Positions 57,730-64,000 of a stretch of 64,000 nt of DNA are shown piece by piece. The notes beneath the pieces were generated by a model. It ran no database searches. It was given only the letters and a program-made list of their open reading frames with translations, and was not told the origin of the DNA. This DNA is from an uncultured Solirubrobacterales bacterium (GTDB lineage: Bacteria; Actinomycetota; Thermoleophilia; Solirubrobacterales; Solirubrobacteraceae): assembly GCA_963703775.1 (NCBI GenBank), contig CAVPFP010000029.1, forward strand, positions 17,105 to 81,104, given 5' to 3'. Made by a program: the position numbers and the translations under genes. The first letter of the stretch is position 1, and every line of letters begins with the position of its first letter.

Positions 57730-58872
57730 CTAGCGCGTGCCTGCGGCGAGTGGAGTCGCTTCATCGAGGTAGGCGGTCAAATAGCGCGCGTTCACCTTCG
57801 CGACGGGCTGCCAGGTCGGCTCGTTCGTGAGCTCGCCGTCAAAGCCCTTCCCGCCGACGAGCCGCGCGCTGAGGTAGCGCGGTTCCCGGCCGGTGAAGAG
57901 GATCGCGTGGATCTCCGCCTGGTCACTCGGTGTGGCGACATCCGCTCCGGCGGCAGCGGCGATCGAAGCCGCCGCGACGTCGGCCTGCTGCGCTGCGACC
58001 CCCCCGAACTTGACGGGGCAGTCGGTCGCGTCTCCGGCCGCCCAGACGGCTTCGACTCCGCGCACCCGCCCATGACCGTCGACGGGGATGAAGCCGTGCT
58101 CGCCGGTTGGCAGGCCGCGAACGGCCGGGCCGAAGAGCTCGGGCAGAGCAACGATGCGATCCGCGTTGAGCGTCCGCTCGCCGGGCATCAGCAGCAACTC
58201 CCCTGGCTCCGGCACGTGCGCGTCAACGCCGCCGATCACGCCCACGCCGGCTTCGTCGAGGAGCGTGGCAACAGCGTGACTCGCGCGCTCGCCGAAGAAC
58301 GCGAGCGGCGAAGACTCGGGGGTCACCACCGTAAGCTCGACCGCCACGCCCATGTCGTGCGCGCGCGCCGCGGTCATCAGTGCCAGCTCGTAAAGCGGCA
58401 GCGCCCAGCCCTGCCGGGAGGGCGACGCGAACGCGACGCGGCGCGCGTAGCCGTCCTCGACGTCTTGAACGAGACCGTGGAGGAGCTCGTCCATCCGCCC
58501 GGCGTCGATCGTCGTCACGTGCGGGAAGGCGTCCTTGGTCCTCGCGCCGAGGCAGAGCAGGAGCGCGTCGTAGGGAAGCTCATCGCCGGAGGCGGTCACT
58601 GCGACGCGCCGATCGGCCTCGAGATAGGCGAACTCGCCCTCGATCAGATCCGCACCGACCGATGCCGCAAGCTCGGCCAGCGAGTAGCGCTCGGGCTTCG
58701 CGTGGGCAAACGGCTCGCGGACGCTGAGCGGTCGGTAGCCGAAGTCCCTGTTGGGCGCGAGGATACGCAGCGACACGAGATCGCCGGCGAGATCGCGCAG
58801 GGCGAGTGCCGCCTCCAGCGCCGCGACGCCGCCGCCGGCGATCAGAACAGCGAGTGGCGGCCGCGCGTCCAT
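57730..58872 (-). CDS. FAD-dependent pyridine-nucleotide-disulfide oxidoreductase (SQR / NDH-2-like)
   Basis: Track ORF of 380 aa with dinucleotide fold VLIAGGGVAALEAAL, ..LLLCLGAR.. and ..VWAAGDATD.. Confidence 0.8.
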   Translation of the reverse strand: MDARPPLAVLIAGGGVAALEAALALRDLAGDLVSLRILAPNRDFGYRPLSVREPFAHAKPERYSLAELAASVGADLIEGEFAYLEADRRVAVTASGDELPYDALLLCLGARTKDAFPHVTTIDAGRMDELLHGLVQDVEDGYARRVAFASPSRQGWALPLYELALMTAARAHDMGVAVELTVVTPESSPLAFFGERASHAVATLLDEAGVGVIGGVDAHVPEPGELLLMPGERTLNADRIVALPELFGPAVRGLPTGEHGFIPVDGHGRVRGVEAVWAAGDATDCPVKFGGVAAQQADVAAASIAAAAGADVATPSDQAEIHAILFTGREPRYLSARLVGGKGFDGELTNEPTWQPVAKVNARYLTAYLDEATPLAAGTR

Positions 58873-58964
58873 TCCGCCACAGCGTAGCGACGCGATCGAC
58901 CAACTGCGGGACCTGCCCGGCGCAGGCGGTGTCGCGCATAGCGCTGTCGCGCGCGATAGCGTGC

Positions 58965-59633
58965 ATGGCTATGAGCATGGATGCGGGGGAGGCACCGAAC
59001 GCGACGATCCGGATCGTGATCGCCGACGACCACGCCGTCGTTCGAAGCGGCCTGCGGCTGCTGCTCGAAGCGGAACCCGACTTCGAAGTCGTCGCCGAAG
59101 CCGGCGACGTCGAAGCCGCACGGCGTTACGTTCGCGGCCACCACCCGGGCGTGCTCGTGCTCGACCTCAACATGCCCGGCGGCTCGAGCCTCGACGCGAT
59201 TCCGGTGCTCCGCAACGAGGCTCCGGAGACGCAGATCGTCATCCTGACGATGCAGGAGGAGCCGGCGTTCGCCCGGCAGGCGCTCAGTGCCGGCGCGATC
59301 GGCTACGTGCTCAAGGAGGCCGCCGACGCAGAGCTCGTCGAGGCTGTGCGGCGCGCTGCTGCCGGCGAGACGTATCTGAACCCGGCACTGGGTGCGCGAA
59401 TCGCTCGCGAGCCCCCGCCTGGACCGCCGGACGACCTCAGCGAGCGCGAGGTCGAGGTGTTGCGCCTGATCGCACTCGGACACACGAACTCCGAGATCGC
59501 CGAGCAGCTGTTCCTCTCGGTCCGCACCGTCGAGACCCATCGCTCCCACATTCAGCAGAAGCTCCGCGTGTCTTCGCGCGCGGAGCTCGTCCGCTACGCG
59601 CTCCAGCGCGGCCTCGTCAACACCGACGAGTAG
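58965..59633 (+). CDS. NarL/FixJ (LuxR-HTH) response regulator
   Basis: ATG at 58965 (alternatives 58971 and 58977) within track ORF 58806..59633: IRIVIADDHAVVRSGL..VLVLDLNMPGG.. and HTH ..LSEREVEVLRLIALGHTNSEIAEQLFLSVRTVETHRSHI.. Confidence 0.9.
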   Translation: MAMSMDAGEAPNATIRIVIADDHAVVRSGLRLLLEAEPDFEVVAEAGDVEAARRYVRGHHPGVLVLDLNMPGGSSLDAIPVLRNEAPETQIVILTMQEEPAFARQALSAGAIGYVLKEAADAELVEAVRRAAAGETYLNPALGARIAREPPPGPPDDLSEREVEVLRLIALGHTNSEIAEQLFLSVRTVETHRSHIQQKLRVSSRAELVRYALQRGLVNTDE

Positions 59634-59742
59634 TCAAGCCGCGCAAGCGGCGCGCTCGGCGACCAGTAAAAGCCCGCAGGCGATCGCGGAGCCAGCCACG
59701 ATGGCAGCGGCCCTCGTCGGTGGTTCGATCGGCGGATCAGAA

Positions 59743-60483
59743 ATGGCTCCACGGGAAATCACAGATCCGCCGGCAAACGGCGAGCGCAGCTGGCTGCGCG
59801 CCGTACCGACTGACGACTCGGCGGTCGCGCACTATTCAGCGATCAGCATCCTGCTGGCGGACGACCACGCGTTCGTGCGGCGGAGCCTGCGCGGAGTGCT
59901 CGATTCCGACGGCGAGCTCCAGGTCGTCGGCGAAGCGGCCGACCTGACGACAGCGATGCGCCAGGTCCAGGCGCAGGGGCCGCACGTTCTGATCCTTGAC
60001 GTCGGCATGCCTGCGGGATCGATCCTCGGCGTGATCCGCGACCTGCGCACGCGGGCCCCCGAGACCGCGATCGTCGTGACGACGATGACCGACGATCCGC
60101 GCTTCGCACGCGAGGTCCTGGCCGCGGGCGCGAGCGCCTACGTCCTGACCGAGTGGGCCGAGCGCGACCTCGGACGCGCGGTGCGCGCCGCAGCGCGCGG
60201 CGAGAGCTTCATCGCGCCCGAGCTCGAGCAGCTGATCCGCGTCTACGAGAGCGACGGCGACCGGCTCAGCGGACGCGAGCTCGAGGTGCTGCGCCTGATC
60301 GGGTTGGGACACACGAACTCCGAGATCGGTGCGTTGCTCGGGCTGTCCGTCCGCACCGTCGAGTCGCATCGAGCGAGCATTCACCGCAAGCTCGGGCTCA
60401 GCACGCGTGCAGAGCTAGTGCGCTACACGTTGAGCCGGGGTCTGCTCGCCGCGGAGCTCGCGAGCGACGCGCGTGCCCGCTGA
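59743..60483 (+). CDS. second NarL/FixJ (LuxR-HTH) response regulator, paralogue of the preceding gene
   Basis: Track ORF 59701..60483 (start 59701 or 59743): ISILLADDHAFVRRSL..VLILDVGMPAGS.. and ..LSGRELEVLRLIGLGHTNSEIGALLGLSVRTVESHRASI.. Confidence 0.85.
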   Translation: MAPREITDPPANGERSWLRAVPTDDSAVAHYSAISILLADDHAFVRRSLRGVLDSDGELQVVGEAADLTTAMRQVQAQGPHVLILDVGMPAGSILGVIRDLRTRAPETAIVVTTMTDDPRFAREVLAAGASAYVLTEWAERDLGRAVRAAARGESFIAPELEQLIRVYESDGDRLSGRELEVLRLIGLGHTNSEIGALLGLSVRTVESHRASIHRKLGLSTRAELVRYTLSRGLLAAELASDARAR

Positions 60484-62147
60484 GCCAGCGGCAACCAGGC
60501 CCGCACCGCGGTCTCCCCTCCCACCGACTCGATCGAGAGCTCCCCGCCGGAGACGGCGACGCGCTCCTGCATGCCGATGACGCCGAAGCCCTGCGCGCGT
60601 TGATCGACGGCGAAGCCGCGCCCATCGTCGATCACGGCGAGGCTGATTCGCCCGTCGTGCGCCCGGACAGTGACGCTGACGTGCTTCGCACGCGCGTGCT
60701 TGGCGATGTTCGTCAGCGCCTCCTGGACGACGCGATAGACGGTCGCTTCGAGCTCGCCGCCGATCTCGAGCGCGTCCGGGATCTCGATCTCGGCGCTGAC
60801 CTCGAGGTCGTTGACGGCGCGATGGCGTTCGAATAGCGCGTCCAGCGCCGCCGCCAGGCCGAGCTCGTCGAGGGCCGCCGGGCGCAGCTCGGTGATGATC
60901 GCGCGGAGGTTCGTGATCTCTTGCTCGATCTGCTCGAGCGCTTGAGCGGTGGCCCCGACCAGGGCATCGAGTGTCCCCACCCGCCGCGCCGACGAGAGGA
61001 GCACGCGCAAGCCGCCAAGCGCTTGCAGTGTCTCGTCGTGCAGCTCGCGCGCCCAGCGGCGGCGCTCCTGCTCGGATGCGGCGAGCGTGTCGCGCAACCG
61101 CTGCTTCTCGACGCTCTGCGCGATCACGACGGCTGTGGCCGCGCTCGCAGCGAACGCCTTGAGCGCGCGCTCGTCCTCGTCGGTGAAGGGCTGCGCGCCG
61201 GGGGTGCGGTCGAATGCCAGCAGGACGCCGAGCGGCTCGTCCCGATACGCCAGCGGGACGATCAATGCGCTGTGCGCATCGGGGACGCCCAACCTGTCCG
61301 CGCTGATGAGCAACCGCGAGGCGACCTCGTCGATGCGCTCGGAGCGACCACGGAGCATCACCTGGCCTGAGGTGGATCCGTCCACCGGGATCCGCAGGTC
61401 GCCGCTACGGTCGCCGTGACCGGCCATCGCAGCGACGACGAGATCTTCCCCCTCCAGAAGCATGATGACGACGGTGCGCGCCTCGACCAGCGCGCGCCCA
61501 CGCTTGACGATCAGCTCGAGCGAGCGTTCGAGATCGACTTCGGCGCCGACGGCGAGCGCCACAGCCTGCGTCGCGCGTAGGCCCGCGACAGCGCGCTCAA
61601 GCTCGACGCGCTGGTTCTCGACGTCGTGATAGAGCCGCGCGTTCTCCACGGCGATTCCCGCCCAGCGCGCGAGCACGACAATCGCCTCCTCATCAGCCTC
61701 GTCGAACTCGCCACCCTCCTTCTCGGTCAAATACAGGTTGCCCCACGCCTCGCCGCGGATGAAGACCGGGACGCCGAGGAAGGACTCCATCGGCGGATGA
61801 CCCATCGGGAAGCCGTAGGAGGCAGGATGCCCGCCCACGCGCCTTAGGCGCAGCGGCTTCGGATCGTCGATCAGCACGCCGAGCACCCCGCGCCCGTGTG
61901 GCAGCTCGCCGATGCGGCGCTGCGTATCCTCATCGATCCCGGCGGTGATGAACCGCTCGAGCTCGCTGCGCTCCGCGTTGAGCACGCCGAGGGCCGCGTA
62001 ACGAGCACCGGTCAGCTCGAGGGCAGCGTCGAGCACGCGGCGCAGCAACGTATCGAGGTCGAGCTCGGAGACGATGAAGCCCCCGACGTCGATCAGGGTG
62101 CGAAGCCGTTCGCTGTTGAGCTGCTCGGTTATCTGGCGGTCCTCCAT
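60423..62147 (-). CDS. GAF-GAF-HisKA_3-HATPase sensor histidine kinase (DevS/DosT-like architecture)
   Basis: ATG at 62147 within track ORF 60423..62213. Two GAF modules (..ARYAALGVLNAERSELERFITAGID..LPHGRGVLGVL..FLGVPVFIRGEAWGNLYLTEK..). H-box ..WARELHDETLQAL..; ATPase ..EALTNIAKHA..DDGRGF..GFGVIGMQERV.. The last ~60 nt overlap the convergent regulator gene. Confidence 0.85.
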   Translation of the reverse strand: MEDRQITEQLNSERLRTLIDVGGFIVSELDLDTLLRRVLDAALELTGARYAALGVLNAERSELERFITAGIDEDTQRRIGELPHGRGVLGVLIDDPKPLRLRRVGGHPASYGFPMGHPPMESFLGVPVFIRGEAWGNLYLTEKEGGEFDEADEEAIVVLARWAGIAVENARLYHDVENQRVELERAVAGLRATQAVALAVGAEVDLERSLELIVKRGRALVEARTVVIMLLEGEDLVVAAMAGHGDRSGDLRIPVDGSTSGQVMLRGRSERIDEVASRLLISADRLGVPDAHSALIVPLAYRDEPLGVLLAFDRTPGAQPFTDEDERALKAFAASAATAVVIAQSVEKQRLRDTLAASEQERRRWARELHDETLQALGGLRVLLSSARRVGTLDALVGATAQALEQIEQEITNLRAIITELRPAALDELGLAAALDALFERHRAVNDLEVSAEIEIPDALEIGGELEATVYRVVQEALTNIAKHARAKHVSVTVRAHDGRISLAVIDDGRGFAVDQRAQGFGVIGMQERVAVSGGELSIESVGGETAVRAWLPLAQRARASLASSAASRPRLNV

Positions 62148-62300
62148 CAACCCCCGTCCGGGGCTTGAAGATACACCCGCATGTCGCCGCTTCGCGGTGC
62201 GTTCGACGCCCACGTCAGCCGCCGTCAGTAGTTTCAGCGGAGCGCCCGCGCGGCGCGCGCACGATGCAGGGAGGCGGCGCTAGCGGCGATCATCGCTTGA

Positions 62301-64000
62301 GTGGCCGAGCAGAGCCAAACCCGTGCACGGACGAGCGAGCGCCTCCTCTATGAAAGCGACTCGCGCAGCAGCAGCGGCGTGATCGTCGATGTCGTCCTGC
62401 GCGACGGCTCGACCGTACGGGTGCGAGCGGTGCGCCCCGATGACGAGGAGCGGGTCAAGGCCTTCCTGAGCGGGCTCTCGGAGCGCTCGCGCGTGCTGCG
62501 GTTCTTCTCTGCGGCCCCCGACCTCGCGGGCCAGGCGCATCGGTTCACGCACCTCGACCCGGCGCGCGACCACGGGCTCGTGGCCACGGCCGGTGGCGAC
62601 GGCGAGATCGTCGGCCACGCCGGGTATTCCGGCGAGGACGCCGACTCAGCCGAGATCGCGTTCGCGATCAGCGACGCCTACCAGGGTCTCGGGGTGGCGA
62701 CGACGCTGCTAGCGCACCTCGCGGCGCACGCACAGGAGCACGGGGTCAGCACGTTCACGGCGATCACGCGGCCCGACAACCACCGGATGATCGATGTCTT
62801 TCGCGAAAGCGGCTTTCGCGTCGAGGTTCACTCAGGTGTGGACCTCGTCTCCTTCACGATGCCGACCGAGCTCAGCGCAGTCGGCTGGGACCGTTTCGAG
62901 GATCGCGACCGGATCGCCAGCGTCGCCGCGGTCGACGCGATCCTCGCGCCGAAGGTCGTCGCGCTGATCGGAGCGTCGCGCCGGCGCGGCACCGTCGGCG
63001 GGGAGATCCTCCACAACCTCGTCGCGAACAACTTCCAGGGGATCGTCTACCCAGTCAACCCGACCGCGAGCTCGGTTCAGTCGATGGCGGCCTACCCGTC
63101 GGTTGCCGACCTGCCGGCGAAGCCAGACCTCGCGGTGATCGCGGTTCCTGCGCCGGCGGTTCCCGACGTCGTACGCCAGTGCGGCGAGGCCGGTGTGCGC
63201 GGCCTGGTCGTGATCTCGGCCGGGTTCGCCGAGTGCGGCGAGGCGGGGAGCCGCGCCCAGCAGGAAGTGCTCGAGATCTGCCGCGCGTACGGGATGCGAA
63301 TCGTCGGACCGAACTGCATCGGCGTCCTCAACACGGCGGCGGACGTACAGCTCGATGCCACGTTCATCCCGCTGGCGCCGCGGCCGGGGAGCGTCGGCTT
63401 CCTGTCACAGAGCGGTGGCCTCGGCATCGCGATCGTGCAGGCCGCCAACCGGCTGAACCTCGGGCTCTCGGCATTCGTCTCCGTCGGCAACAAGGTGGAT
63501 TTGTCGGGCAACGACTTCCTCCAGTACTGGGAGCAGGACCCGAACACGAACGTGATCCTGCTCTACCTCGAGTCCTTCGGCAACGCCCGGAAGTTCTCGC
63601 GGGTAGCGCGGCGCGTCGGGCGCAGCAAGCCGATCGTCGCCGTCAAGAGCGGCCGCTCGGCGGCCGGCGCGCGCGCGACCTCGTCGCACACGGGAGCGTT
63701 GCTCGCCACATCGGATGTGACCGTCGACGCGCTGTTCCGTCAGGCCGGCGTGATCCGAACCGAGACGCTCGGGGAGCTCTTTGACGTCGCAGCGCTGCTG
63801 TCAGCGCAGCCGGCGCCGCGCGGTACCCGCGTCGTGATCCTTACCAACGGCGGAGGACCGGGAATCCTCGCCGCGGACGCCTGCGAAACGGCGGGGCTCG
63901 AAGTGGTCGAGCTGCCGGCGAAGCTGCGCAGGAGCTGAGCGCGATCCTTCCGCCGGAGGCATCGGTCACGAACCCGATCGACGTGATCGCGACCGCCAGC
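62301..64000 (+). pseudogene. GNAT acetyltransferase fused to ADP-forming acyl-CoA synthetase-like (CoA-binding + ligase) domains; one frame break near 63920; continues past the window end
   Basis: Track ORF 62301..63938. GNAT region (..VRAVRPDDEERVKAFLSGLSERSRVLRFF..AFAISDAYQGLGVATTLLAHL..), then CoA-binding ..VALIGASRRRGTVGGEI..AVIAVPA..VISAGFAE..IVGPNCIGV..SQSGG.. After ..ELPAK the family sequence AQELSAILPPEASVTNPIDVIATAS continues in another frame to position 64000. Confidence 0.8.

Noticed and set aside
57721-59947. Plus-strand ORFs 57721..58887 (388 aa) and 58751..59947 (398 aa)
   Set aside because: The first is antisense to the SQR-like flavoprotein gene. The second is an out-of-frame read-through of the two NarL regulator genes and is Arg-rich.

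Overview
Very GC-rich bacterial chromosomal segment; third codon positions are almost always G/C. The gene signature looks actinobacterial: NucS/EndoMS, FO-synthase genes cofG/cofH (F420), an OdhA/Kgd-type E2o-E1o fusion, a PIG-L/LmbE deacetylase, and a DevS/DevR-like GAF kinase with NarL-type regulators. I can support about 55 protein-coding loci. By eye I found no rRNA, tRNA, CRISPR array, transposase or integrase. Left third (1-25 kb) is housekeeping: DEAD-box helicase, PfkB kinase, citrate synthase, MetF, pyruvate kinase, ABC1 kinase, a glyoxalase I/II pair, a MarR-ABC exporter operon, Nudix, 2-oxoglutarate dehydrogenase, NucS, a J-domain/TPR protein and EttA. Middle (25-41 kb) holds three notable modules. 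(1) An orphan three-gene pseudopilin/minor-pilin operon with a 736-aa lectin-like pilin. (2) A PAS-PAS hybrid kinase with HPt next to a REC-PIG-L deacetylase regulator. (3) A CUT2-type sugar ABC importer preceded by an OmpR-type regulator and a very unusual soluble histidine kinase whose input region is a complete ABC-transporter ATPase domain followed by GAF modules; this is my top candidate for an undescribed system. Right third (41-64 kb): aconitase, TauE exporter, VOC protein, an E1alpha-E1beta-E2 2-oxoacid dehydrogenase operon, flavin reductase-cofG-cofH, a peptide-type SBP, an aquaporin, a soluble MCP with a C-terminal sensor, a secreted 3xIg-like + G1 glutamic-peptidase protein, an SQR-like flavoprotein, two NarL regulators with a GAF-GAF kinase, and a GNAT/ADP-forming acyl-CoA synthetase fusion. 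A dominant feature is roughly 40 (at least 30) frame breaks interrupting about 13 otherwise well-conserved genes, clustered at 41.6-43.7, 48.7-53.0 and 56.9-57.7 kb. Many track ORFs are therefore fragments or chimeras of real genes. Coordinates for those genes were reconstructed by eye across frames and are approximate.
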